A DNA stretch of 64,000 nucleotides. It comes from an uncultured Clostridia bacterium (GTDB taxonomy: Bacteria > Bacillota > Clostridia > Oscillospirales > Ruminococcaceae). Below the pieces are notes generated by a model. The model ran no database searches. It had not been told where the DNA came from and saw only the letters and a program-made list of their open reading frames with translations. A program made the position numbers and the translations under genes. This document shows positions 1 to 8,854 of this stretch, in pieces. The stretch is from contig CAMNXF010000014.1 of assembly GCA_946567425.1 (NCBI GenBank), forward strand, positions 11,883-75,882. The letters run 5' to 3'. Numbering within the stretch: position 1 is the stretch's first letter; every line of letters begins with the position of its first letter.

Positions 1-1050
1 TGAGCACGCGTTCACTGCGTTATCGAGGGCGTTCGCCAATGCCGCGGTAAAATCGTAAATGTCAACATCGGTATTTTCGGGCATCGCAAATTGTACCTCG
101 GTGCCGATACCCTTGCTTTCCGCACGTTCGATGTAGTATGCCAGAATTGCGTTCGCGGTGGAATTGGAACAGTATACCGTTTTTTTAGTGTCCTCAAGCC
201 TTTTTTCAACGTCGCCCAGATATACGAGCGCCTCCGAGTTGTTCCCCTCTCTGAGCATATCGGAAACAACTATTATATTGTACCGCAAATTATGACGAAT
301 TATTTTGATCTGTTCCTCAGTGGAATTGATCGCGTCAAGCTGTTTCTGAAAGGATTTGCTTTGAGACGTCAGTATGTTGTTTGTGTATTCGGAAAGCAGC
401 AAATCATACTGGCTTACCAGATTGTGGAAAATTATAACATAAACCAGCAGCATTACCATCGTAACAGCATATATGTAAACGGTATTTGAAAACGATTTCG
501 TATAATGCACCGGATACGTTCCTATAAGAAAAAGCAGCAACGTAAAGCATATTGGCACAAACGTAAGCGACTTCCAGCATTTATCGGGAAGATAATCGAG
601 CGTGGAAAATTTTTTCCTTAAAAATTTAAATTCAACAAAAATGCACAAGAAGTAGCTGGAAAGCCTTATAAGCAGATCCGCGATCTTTCCGCCGCCGACA
701 GCGGAAACGACAATAGTCTGGCTCATGGCGAGAATTATTGAAACGCTCAGCTGCATCGTATAGTTGAAAATCGCCTGCCACGGCGAATATGTCGAGATAA
801 AATAAAGGATAAGTATCGCGGGTACCGATACGGTAAGAATACAAAGCCGCAGCATAACGACAATGCCGAAGAGCTTAATTGCAACAAAGGTGAAAACGGC
901 AACCCACAATAAGTATATCACAAGCGTTACAAGAATTTTCTGGAACCCGTACTTTACTTTCATACAGGAAGACATCATGCCCAGAGTGCCGACCACGACG
1001 ATCAGCGCTTTTACAATGAAATACCCAACGTCGTTTTCAAACGTTATCAC
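1..1050 (-). CDS. Membrane sensor histidine kinase, AgrC/VirS-like GHKL type (runs off the window edge; partial)
   Basis: Not in ORF track. Hand translation from GTG at 1050 (overlaps regulator stop, GTGA) is open to position 1: MITFENDVGYFIVKALIVVVG..., several hydrophobic segments, H-box-like KIIRHNLRYN, then ...ANALDNAVNACS at the edge. Confidence 0.85.
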   Translation of the reverse strand, partial: MITFENDVGYFIVKALIVVVGTLGMMSSCMKVKYGFQKILVTLVIYLLWVAVFTFVAIKLFGIVVMLRLCILTVSVPAILILYFISTYSPWQAIFNYTMQLSVSIILAMSQTIVVSAVGGGKIADLLIRLSSYFLCIFVEFKFLRKKFSTLDYLPDKCWKSLTFVPICFTLLLFLIGTYPVHYTKSFSNTVYIYAVTMVMLLVYVIIFHNLVSQYDLLLSEYTNNILTSQSKSFQKQLDAINSTEEQIKIIRHNLRYNIIVVSDMLREGNNSEALVYLGDVEKRLEDTKKTVYCSNSTANAILAYYIERAESKGIGTEVQFAMPENTDVDIYDFTAALANALDNAVNACS

Positions 1051-1790
1051 AGCAAAACGCCTCCATTCAGCTCGTAATCTATGTATTTTTTTCTTGCGTC
1101 GACGTATTTGCGCGTGATCTTATATTTTGAGCCGTCGCACATAATAAAGTCGTCGGCTTTCACCTCCCGTATGTTCTGATAATTTACCAGATAGCTCGCG
1201 GAAACCTTTAAAAACACTCCCGTCTGCATTATTTCCTCCGCTTGAACGTCAAACGGCTGTCTGCGGCACGCGCTTTCGACTTTTTCATTTTTTACGAGAT
1301 GAAAGATCAATCGGTGATCAAGGTACTCCACCGCAACGATCTCCGATAACGCGATAAGCACAGTGCTGTCGGCGGTTTTCACCGACAGCTTTTGCGGCGC
1401 GTTCTCAATTCGGTCAAGACATTCGTCAAGCTCCGAAAACAACTTTTCACGGGAATACGGCTTTATCAGATAAGAAAAAGCCCGCACCGAAAACGCGTCG
1501 GGCGCGTACTCGCGCGAGGAGCTGATATAGATCACCACCGAGTTTTTATCGCGTCCGCGTATCCGTCTGCCGAGTGCAATGCCGTCAAGCCCCGGCATTA
1601 TAACATCGAGAAGATATACCGTAAAGCCGTCGGCGTTCAGCTCGGAAAACCGCAAAACCTCTTCGGGCGCGGAAAAGCGGAACGTTTCCCCACAAAACCC
1701 GCGTTGTTTTATATAATCGTCCGCCAGCCCGCGGAGCGTTTCCAGATCGGCAGCGTTGTCATCGCATAAAACAAGATTTACTTTAGTCAA
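1047..1790 (-). CDS. LytTR-family response regulator (REC + LytTR)
   Basis: N-terminal LCDD, YLLDVIMPGLDG, YLIKP receiver motifs; C-terminal LytTR-like FLKVSASYLVN...I region; coupled to the kinase. Confidence 0.92.
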   Translation of the reverse strand: MTKVNLVLCDDNAADLETLRGLADDYIKQRGFCGETFRFSAPEEVLRFSELNADGFTVYLLDVIMPGLDGIALGRRIRGRDKNSVVIYISSSREYAPDAFSVRAFSYLIKPYSREKLFSELDECLDRIENAPQKLSVKTADSTVLIALSEIVAVEYLDHRLIFHLVKNEKVESACRRQPFDVQAEEIMQTGVFLKVSASYLVNYQNIREVKADDFIMCDGSKYKITRKYVDARKKYIDYELNGGVLL

Positions 1791-1812
1791 TTTCTTTATT
1801 CCCCCCCGACTA

Positions 1813-1841
1813 ATTATATCATAAAAAAAAATTCATGTCAA
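1813..1841 (-). promoter_or_regulatory. SigA-type promoter of the LytTR/kinase operon
   Basis: Minus strand TTGACA(1841-1836)-17 nt-TATAAT(1818-1813) with TG extension. Confidence 0.85.
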
Positions 1842-1890
1842 CATTTATCGACAAACGGGAAATATCCAAAAACCCCGTTTCGATGTAAAT

Positions 1891-1952
1891 TAAGTGATTT
1901 TCCTGTCAATTAAGTGATCGCTATTGAAAAAATCGTCGTATTTTGTTAAACT
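1891..1952 (+). promoter_or_regulatory. Direct-repeat operator plus promoter of the MCP gene
   Basis: TAAGTGAT at 1891 and 1911, 5 nt, TTGAAA(1924)-17 nt-TAAACT(1947); same architecture recurs at 3993-4054. Confidence 0.7.
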
Positions 1953-1989
1953 TATATTTACAAATTTTCTAATTTGGGGAGAACGATCT

Positions 1990-3972
1990 ATGAAAAGAAA
2001 AAGTCTGCTCACAAGCATTTTGTTATCTTCTGCGGGAATGCTGGCGGCTGCGCTTGTCGCGGTCTGTTTGATTTTTTCCGTGAACGTAAATATCAGATAC
2101 ACGACCTCGATAAAGTCGGATCTGTATCATACCGTAGCGGCTGAATCCGCGAAAATGGACACATGGTTCACCAAGCACACGACCATAGCGGAAGATTTTG
2201 CCAAGTCCGCCGCGAAACAAAACCTTCACAATGAAACACTGCAAGAATATATGCTGGACGTTGTTCACACCACATCAGAAAGCATTATGAACGGGTATCT
2301 CGCGTGGGAGACCGATACGGTGGGAATGGTGTGCAGCGTTTACCCTGTAGATGAGGATTACGTCGCACAGGAGCGCGGCTGGTATCAAAGCGCCAAAAGC
2401 ACCCGCTCCACGATCGTTACCGACCCGTACATAGACGCGATCACGGGAAAAATCGTTATCACGGTTGCCAGTCCGCTGCTTTCGGGGAACGATGTGCTCG
2501 GCGTGTGCGGTCTGGATATCGAGATAAGCGAAATCGTTTCCATAAGTCAGGAACTTAAAGCTGACGAGGGAGGATATGCGGTTCTGGTTGACAGCTCCGA
2601 CAACATAGTAGCTCACGCCGAAAATCAGGAGTATTCGCACATGCTGCTTGAGGACGGCAAGACCGAAAAGGTCACAAAGCTCGTTGACATCGCGCCGATC
2701 TACAGCGAGGTCCTTGCGGCGGCGGGCAGCACGAACGTTGTTTCGGGAAAGGGCTACGACGGCTCTATGCGCTATTTTCCCGTTGTTCCTATCGGCGACA
2801 CGGGATGGAAGGTGCTTTACGCGGCGGATTACAACGAAGCGATGTCGCGGCTTAACAACATTATCATTCTGGCGGTGATCGTTTCGCTGGCGGCGATATT
2901 CGGCGGCGGTCTGTTCTTCTGGCTGAAATTCACAAAGCGCCTGAAACCGCTGTCGGAGATAGAGAATATCGTCACAAATATGTCGAACGGCGTTCTGGAA
3001 CACAACTACCCCAAAGCCGCAAACGACGAGATCGGCACAATCTGCGGAGCGCTTATGAGAACCAACGCTTCGCTGAAATCATATATTGACGGGATAGAAC
3101 AGATTCTTTCGGATATGGCGGACGGCAGGTTTGCGTACAACAGCAGCGTTCAATTCGTCGGGGAATTTACCGCTATGGAGAAGTCGATAAAGCATATCTG
3201 CGAGGCAATGACCTCGACGTTCGCGGAGCTTAACACGATCTCGGATCAGATATCGGGCGGCTCGCGCAGCGTGTCCGTCGGCGCGTCGGAGCTTGCCCGT
3301 GCCGTAAATGATGAAACGCGGCTTATCGTCGACGTTTCCGCCAGCTTCGGCGACATCAACAACAAAGTATCGCAGTCCGCGGAAAACGCGTTCTCGGTCA
3401 AGGAGAGGGCGCTTAAGGCAGCCGACGCGGTAAGCGCGGGCAACGATAAAATGCAGGACCTCGTAAACATTATGGACAGCATTTCGCGCTCCGCGGACGA
3501 GATAGTCAAGATCAACTCCACAATCGAGGACATAGCGTTCCAGACGAATATACTCGCGCTCAACGCGTCGATTGAAGCAGCGCGCGCGGGCGCGGCGGGC
3601 AAGGGCTTTGCCGTTGTCGCTGAAGAAGTGCGCAATCTCGCGGCAAAATCCTCAGATGCCTCAAAGATAACAGCGGAGCTTATCGAGCATACGGTAAAGG
3701 CTATCGAGAGCGGCACGGAGGCGGTAAACTCAACTGCTGAAATGCTGAGCGGCATAGTTCGCGAAACGGATTCGATAAGCGGCTCGGTATCGGAAATAGC
3801 CGACGTTTCCGAAGCGCAAAAGACTATGCTCGCAGGAATTTCGGAGAAACTCAGGGAGGTAGAAACTGTCATCGAAAAGACGGACTCTGCCGCGCAGAAT
3901 TCCGCTGCCGCAAGCGAGGAGCTTGACGGTCAGGCGGCTCTGCTTAAAGAGCACCTTGACCGTTTCGAGTGA
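1990..3972 (+). CDS. Methyl-accepting chemotaxis protein (TM-Cache-TM-HAMP-MCP)
   Basis: Two TM segments, Cache-like [17 protein letters not shown], signalling hairpin [37 protein letters not shown]; ATG 1990 after GGGGAG. Confidence 0.95.
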   Translation: MKRKSLLTSILLSSAGMLAAALVAVCLIFSVNVNIRYTTSIKSDLYHTVAAESAKMDTWFTKHTTIAEDFAKSAAKQNLHNETLQEYMLDVVHTTSESIMNGYLAWETDTVGMVCSVYPVDEDYVAQERGWYQSAKSTRSTIVTDPYIDAITGKIVITVASPLLSGNDVLGVCGLDIEISEIVSISQELKADEGGYAVLVDSSDNIVAHAENQEYSHMLLEDGKTEKVTKLVDIAPIYSEVLAAAGSTNVVSGKGYDGSMRYFPVVPIGDTGWKVLYAADYNEAMSRLNNIIILAVIVSLAAIFGGGLFFWLKFTKRLKPLSEIENIVTNMSNGVLEHNYPKAANDEIGTICGALMRTNASLKSYIDGIEQILSDMADGRFAYNSSVQFVGEFTAMEKSIKHICEAMTSTFAELNTISDQISGGSRSVSVGASELARAVNDETRLIVDVSASFGDINNKVSQSAENAFSVKERALKAADAVSAGNDKMQDLVNIMDSISRSADEIVKINSTIEDIAFQTNILALNASIEAARAGAAGKGFAVVAEEVRNLAAKSSDASKITAELIEHTVKAIESGTEAVNSTAEMLSGIVRETDSISGSVSEIADVSEAQKTMLAGISEKLREVETVIEKTDSAAQNSAAASEELDGQAALLKEHLDRFE

Positions 3973-3992
3973 GATATTGCGTTTGTGTCAAA

Positions 3993-4054
3993 TAAGTGAT
4001 TTTTCCGTCGTATAAGTGATGAATGTTGAAAATCTAACAAAATCGTGCTATAAT
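3993..4054 (+). promoter_or_regulatory. Second copy of direct-repeat operator plus SigA promoter
   Basis: TAAGTGAT at 3993 and 4013, 5 nt, TTGAAA(4026)-17 nt-TATAAT(4049) with TG extension. Confidence 0.75.
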
Positions 4055-4141
4055 ATAAAGGCGGAGGAACGGTATTGTGAACCAAAATAAGCGGCCTCAT
4101 ATCCTCTTACCGAATTGCCGTTCCGATGCAGAATACCTTGG

Positions 4142-4165
4142 GTCCCGGCGTATGCCGGGACTTTC
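4142..4165 (+). terminator. GC-rich hairpin, probable intrinsic terminator
   Basis: GTCCCGGC-GTAT-GCCGGGAC followed by TTTC; lies between the 4026 promoter and the apbE stop. Confidence 0.6.
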
Positions 4166-4199
4166 AAGATTTATGAGAAGAACGGTTCCGCGAGAAAGT

Positions 4200-5207
4200 T
4201 CACTCAACAACCTTAACAATGAAGTCCTTATGAGCCTCATCAAGCGTGAATTTGTCAGCGATTCCCTTGGTTATCAGCACTTCGGCGTTATCCGTTATCA
4301 GGATAACGTCGAAGTTTTTATTTTCGCGCCAAAAATCCGTCGCACCTTTTTCGCCCATAACAAAAAGAGCCGTCGACAGCGCGTCGCACAGCTTTCCCTC
4401 GGAGGCAACCACCGTTGAGGAAAGAAGTCCGTTATCGACGGGATAGCCGTTCGCAGGGTCTATGATATGTCCGTAGACAGTGCCGTCCTCGGCGGTGAAG
4501 CACCGCTCGTAGTTACCGGATGTAACGACCGCACAGTCCGAGACAGTCAGCACCCCGATGTTCCCCGCGCCCGTCGGGTCTTTAAGCCCGAGCCGCCAAT
4601 CGCCGCCGTCGGGCTTTGTTCCGATAAGCTGAACGTTTCCTCCAAGGTTGACAAGTGCGGAGGAAACGCCGTGTTCACGGAGTATGCGCACTGTTTCGTC
4701 GCCTGCGTATCCCTTGGCGACCGCGCCCGTATCGAGCATCATACCCTCGCCGAGCGTAACGGAGTTTCCGTTCACGGTGACGCGTCCGAAGCCGACGTTT
4801 TCCAGCAGCTTTGTGATCTCGTCGTCGGAGGGAACGCGCTTATTATCAGCGGTAAAGCCCCACCCGTTAAGTATGGGATATATTGTCGGGTCGAGAGCGC
4901 CGTTTGTTTTGTCTGCGATTTCCAGCGCGAACGAGATCAGCTCCGCCGTTCCGGGGCTTACGGAGGAAGCGCCAAGGTGATTGACGGCGTAGATCTCGCT
5001 GTTTTCGTCGGTGACGGACAGCAGCCCTTCAAGCTCGTTAATGCGCCGCGCCGCCGCTTTAACACCCTCCTCCGCGCTGCCGCCACAGGCGTTTATGCTC
5101 ATGACCGTATCCATTGCAAAAAAATCATATGAGTACTCCGCATCTGAATTGGCGGAGCAGGCGGTCAGCATAATACATATTATAATAAGCAGTATCTTCA
5201 GTTTCAT
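4200..5207 (-). CDS. apbE: FAD:protein FMN transferase lipoprotein
   Basis: Lipobox LTAC; AMDT, GALDPTI, DTGAVAKGY, VTSGNYER, GHIIDP, DALST motifs. Confidence 0.93.
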   Translation of the reverse strand: MKLKILLIIICIMLTACSANSDAEYSYDFFAMDTVMSINACGGSAEEGVKAAARRINELEGLLSVTDENSEIYAVNHLGASSVSPGTAELISFALEIADKTNGALDPTIYPILNGWGFTADNKRVPSDDEITKLLENVGFGRVTVNGNSVTLGEGMMLDTGAVAKGYAGDETVRILREHGVSSALVNLGGNVQLIGTKPDGGDWRLGLKDPTGAGNIGVLTVSDCAVVTSGNYERCFTAEDGTVYGHIIDPANGYPVDNGLLSSTVVASEGKLCDALSTALFVMGEKGATDFWRENKNFDVILITDNAEVLITKGIADKFTLDEAHKDFIVKVVE

Positions 5208-5426
5208 TTCGATTCTCCAAACAGCATGATAGGTAATTTAATTTTACCACCACACTGAAGAAATGTCAAGCGCTGTACCGGACGCAGCATATTTAACAGT
5301 TCTATGTGAGAAAATTTTCACATTTTTCATTTTACCCCTTTTTTTTTTTTCAAATATATGTTATAATATAATAGTATACAATGAAAAGTTGTATAGATTT
5401 GGAAATAATTGGAAAGAGGTGCCGAA

Positions 5427-6296
5427 ATGGCTTTCTGTGATTTAAAGCCCGTGTGCGTGACCGACGAGGACATCGGACATACATATATAATCGGAAGCGT
5501 CTTTGCAGTCTACGGGATAGTGGGCGCAGAACCGCCGACGGTTTACAGTTGGGATATGATCCGCACTGTCACGGTAACGCGCAAAGGGATAACGCTGGAG
5601 ACCGCGAACAAGAAATTTTCAATCACGAAAAAAGTGTTAACGGAGTCCGAGGAACTGTTGCGTATGATCGCAATTATCGAGTGCAGACAAAAGGAATACG
5701 GTTTCGGATATCAGCACGAGTTGCGTATGTTCCCGCTTAAATCCATGTATGTTGAGTGCTCTCCCGGCAAGGAAACGTATACGGGCGAGGGAATGCTCGA
5801 CGACGGTGAGACTGCTTCTGCGTTTATTATGCTGTTGAACTTTAAATTGGTGAAGTTTCTGTGGCTTATCGCGCTGCTTATTATGTTTGTGACGTTCGGG
5901 GTGCTGCATTGGCTTATCGGCATAAACCGCAGCAATATTCTGTATTTCGTGCCTATTTCTGCCGCAGCGGGAGGAATTTCCGCACTGTTGGTGTATATTA
6001 TAACACACGCCGTAGCGCGCGCGAAGTTCAGGAAAATGGCGGATATGGATCCCGCGACAAGACAGCCCATTACGTTTGTGGTCAGCAGAGCGGGCTTTGC
6101 CGCTTGCGAGAGCTGCACCTATGAGAGCCGCGACCTTGTGCCGTGGAGTGAGATGGACTACTTTATTGAATCGGATAAAATGTTTATCCTGTACAAGAAC
6201 AACACGGCGGCAGCCTATATCCCCAAAAAGGCGTTCGAGAAAAAGTGCATCGGCGGCATAGCGGATATAATCGCGTTGAGCCTGGAGCAAAGATAA
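5427..6296 (+). CDS. Membrane protein with C-terminal YcxB-like domain
   Basis: Two central TM helices; C-terminal W..MDYFIES..MFILY....AAYIPKKAF resembles YcxB; ATG after GAGGTG. Confidence 0.6.
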   Translation: MAFCDLKPVCVTDEDIGHTYIIGSVFAVYGIVGAEPPTVYSWDMIRTVTVTRKGITLETANKKFSITKKVLTESEELLRMIAIIECRQKEYGFGYQHELRMFPLKSMYVECSPGKETYTGEGMLDDGETASAFIMLLNFKLVKFLWLIALLIMFVTFGVLHWLIGINRSNILYFVPISAAAGGISALLVYIITHAVARAKFRKMADMDPATRQPITFVVSRAGFAACESCTYESRDLVPWSEMDYFIESDKMFILYKNNTAAAYIPKKAFEKKCIGGIADIIALSLEQR

Positions 6297-6378
6297 AATA
6301 TCAGCGCGCGGCAGTTTCATATATTATTAAGAGGACAATTTCAGAAGTGCCGCGCGTTCAATATAAGGAGTGAGAACA

Positions 6379-7818
6379 ATGAGCGCTGAAATAAAATCGG
6401 AAACAGTCGATATTAACGGGAAGAGTGTACTGTTGGTTTCCGTAAAGGACGGAGAGGCGGCGATAGGCACTTGCTCTGCGGGGCATACCGACCACAACGG
6501 TAGCGCAAGCTCGCAGACGCGGCTGTTCTACATCGGCGGCGACCCGGTTATCAACCTTATCTGCCCTAATCGGGGAAATAAGTACAACGACAAGCTGGTT
6601 TCGTTCTGCCCGGGATTTCAGGGTCATGAGCCGAAAATTCACGACGCGCTTGGCAACAGCTTTAAGAAGCTGAATAACGGTGACTCGCTTGAGGCTGGAC
6701 TTCACGACTTGTTCACTCTGCTTGAGGACGGCGTGTATGCGGTGTATTTGAACGATTATTATCCGACCGACGGAAACGGGATATTCTTCTGGGGCGGCTA
6801 TAACATCTCACACGAGGTGCACGGAACTGCCGAGCGCAGCCGCGTTATCGGTGATCGCACGTTTAAACCGTGTTTTCTTATTCCGACCGAGCCGCTGGAC
6901 TATTACGCCGCGAAAACAAGAGTCAACATCGACGAGCAGGTAAAGCGCCGCCGCGTTCAGGGAATAGTGTATCACCTTACGGGATTGTATTCCGTAGTGC
7001 TTAAAGGTCATCATGGCTCGGTTTGCTGCGTGGACAAGGATATTCCCTACAACTGCGCGGTGATTGAGAAGATAAGCGAGCCGTATACCGACAGAATAGT
7101 TCCTCAGGCGCCCGACGTTGTCTCCGAGCCTATGCCCGAGGATCCCGTGGCAGTACCCGCAGACGGCGAGGAGGTTCAGGAGACTCCCGCGCCCGCGCCT
7201 ATTCAGCCTGTCGCACCGCCGGTGTTTATTCCCGAGGGCATTACGGGTTTCAGAAGTCCTTCTGTAAAGATACCGCTGGAACTTTTCCCGAAAGAAATGC
7301 TGCGTCTGATTATCGAGGGCAGACCCGAGTACAAGCCGAGACAGTTCGGTTTGCTGTCGGCTAAACTGAACACTGCCAAGCGTAAATCTGTAAGCAACAA
7401 TGTTTTGCCGTTCTCGATACTCGAGAAGTCCGAACAGATGCCCGACGTTGAGATGATAGAATCGGCATACGCTATCGATCAGCTTTCCGACGAACAGCTT
7501 AACTGTCTGCTTCGCGGAGACGTGGAGTGCAACGGCGAGGTCATAGTTTCACCAAATTTCTATTCGAGCATTGTGACCGCGTGCAATTTTCTGCAATTCA
7601 GCAATATGCAGCGGTTTATCGACTTCTCGATAGCGATAATGGATAATCCCGAGTTATCCGCGACGCACGAATATGTCGCTCACCGTGCGGCGGGGCAGCT
7701 TTCAAGCAGAAAGCTGTTCAACTTCTTCAAGAGCGCGGTCGACAGCAAGGACGCAAAGTACGAAAAGATACTTCCCGCAGCACAGGTATTTGTAAACAGA
7801 TATAACGAAAAGGCTTGA
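6379..7818 (+). CDS. Hypothetical protein with central Pro/Ala/Glu-rich linker
   Basis: Long ORF, AAGGAG RBS 8 nt before ATG, host-like codon usage; no family recognised. Confidence 0.8.
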   Translation: MSAEIKSETVDINGKSVLLVSVKDGEAAIGTCSAGHTDHNGSASSQTRLFYIGGDPVINLICPNRGNKYNDKLVSFCPGFQGHEPKIHDALGNSFKKLNNGDSLEAGLHDLFTLLEDGVYAVYLNDYYPTDGNGIFFWGGYNISHEVHGTAERSRVIGDRTFKPCFLIPTEPLDYYAAKTRVNIDEQVKRRRVQGIVYHLTGLYSVVLKGHHGSVCCVDKDIPYNCAVIEKISEPYTDRIVPQAPDVVSEPMPEDPVAVPADGEEVQETPAPAPIQPVAPPVFIPEGITGFRSPSVKIPLELFPKEMLRLIIEGRPEYKPRQFGLLSAKLNTAKRKSVSNNVLPFSILEKSEQMPDVEMIESAYAIDQLSDEQLNCLLRGDVECNGEVIVSPNFYSSIVTACNFLQFSNMQRFIDFSIAIMDNPELSATHEYVAHRAAGQLSSRKLFNFFKSAVDSKDAKYEKILPAAQVFVNRYNEKA

Positions 7819-7840
7819 CCGTACAAAAGAGGTGAACGTC

Positions 7841-8809
7841 ATGAGCCGAGTGATCGTCTGGAGGATAACGCAAAGCTGTAATATGAAATGCCGTTTCTGT
7901 TCGTACAGTACGCAGGTCGAGCGTCTGCGCAGCGACGCGGACGAAACGGAGATCGAAAGACTGTGTACAGTGCTCGGCGAATACCGCAGGCAGATAGGCG
8001 GGAAAATTCTGGTGAGCTGGATAGGCGGCGAGCCGTTTCTATGGAAGAACATTATCCCGTTTTCGGAAAAGCTGCACGGCTCCGGCATTGACGTAAGTGC
8101 GACTACGAACGGTCTGCTGTTCAATAAAAAGGAACTGCAAAAGGGCGTTCTTGATAACTTTTCGGAGCTGGTGTTCAGTCTGGACGGTTTTGACGAGTGC
8201 GACGACGCGGTGCGGCAGTATTACGGGCATTTCGACGCGGTGTCGAAAAACATCAGAGTGCTCGCCGAAATGCGCGATAACTGCATGAGTGATATGAAAA
8301 TCAAGGTCAACACCATTCTCATGCGGCGGAATATTCCGCAGTTTGAGGAGTTTTGCGAGTATCTGCTGTGGCTGGGCGTCGACGAGGTGACATTCAATCA
8401 GCTTGGCGGTTTCGACAGACCCGAGTTTTTCGAGGAGAACCGAATTACTGCGGAACAGGCGGATGCGTTCTGCAAGCGTTTGCCGACCTTACAAAAGGAT
8501 TTTGCGGAAAGAGGACTGGTCATTCACGGCAGCAAAAGGTATCTCGACAGGATACTCAAGTCGTCGAGGAACGAGGTAAACCCTATCGGGGAGTGCAACC
8601 CCGGGTCACAGTTCTGGTTCATCAACGAGAACGGCTTTATCAGCCCGTGCAGCTACACGTCTTACGAGTACAAGCTAGACACAAAGGAAATAAAGAGCGC
8701 GGAGGACTTCGTCAAAGCCGAGGAGTTTTTCCGCAAATGCAGAAGCGAGCGACGTTCAAAGTGGTGCAGCGACTGCTATTGCACTCAGGTTTACGATAAG
8801 TTTGAATAA
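7841..8809 (+). CDS. Radical SAM protein with C-terminal Cys-rich (SPASM/twitch-like) extension
   Basis: CNMKCRFC (CxxxCxxC), GGEPFL, TTNG, SLDG motifs; C-terminal C..PC...CSDCYC. Confidence 0.9.
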   Translation: MSRVIVWRITQSCNMKCRFCSYSTQVERLRSDADETEIERLCTVLGEYRRQIGGKILVSWIGGEPFLWKNIIPFSEKLHGSGIDVSATTNGLLFNKKELQKGVLDNFSELVFSLDGFDECDDAVRQYYGHFDAVSKNIRVLAEMRDNCMSDMKIKVNTILMRRNIPQFEEFCEYLLWLGVDEVTFNQLGGFDRPEFFEENRITAEQADAFCKRLPTLQKDFAERGLVIHGSKRYLDRILKSSRNEVNPIGECNPGSQFWFINENGFISPCSYTSYEYKLDTKEIKSAEDFVKAEEFFRKCRSERRSKWCSDCYCTQVYDKFE

Positions 8810-8836
8810 ACCGCGCAGATCACTCCGCGCGGTTTT
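8808..8836 (+). terminator. Hairpin between radical SAM and GH9 genes
   Basis: AAACCGCGC-10 nt-GCGCGGTTTT. Confidence 0.55.
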
Positions 8837-8854
8837 GCGGTAATCGAGGAGGAA

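Noticed and set aside
1790-1990. AgrB/AgrD quorum-sensing genes next to the LytTR/kinase pair
   Set aside because: No AgrD-like peptide or AgrB ORF found in the window; they could lie beyond the left edge.
2275-3003. Many long antisense or off-frame ORFs (e.g. 2275-3003, 9089-10282, 26057-27175, 51938-53071)
   Set aside because: Shadow frames of GC-rich, well-supported genes on the other strand; no recognisable motifs or RBS.
7841-8809. Radical SAM as a prokaryotic viperin
   Set aside because: Only generic radical SAM motifs are shared; viperin-specific signatures not evident and extra C-terminal cysteines suggest SPASM/twitch.
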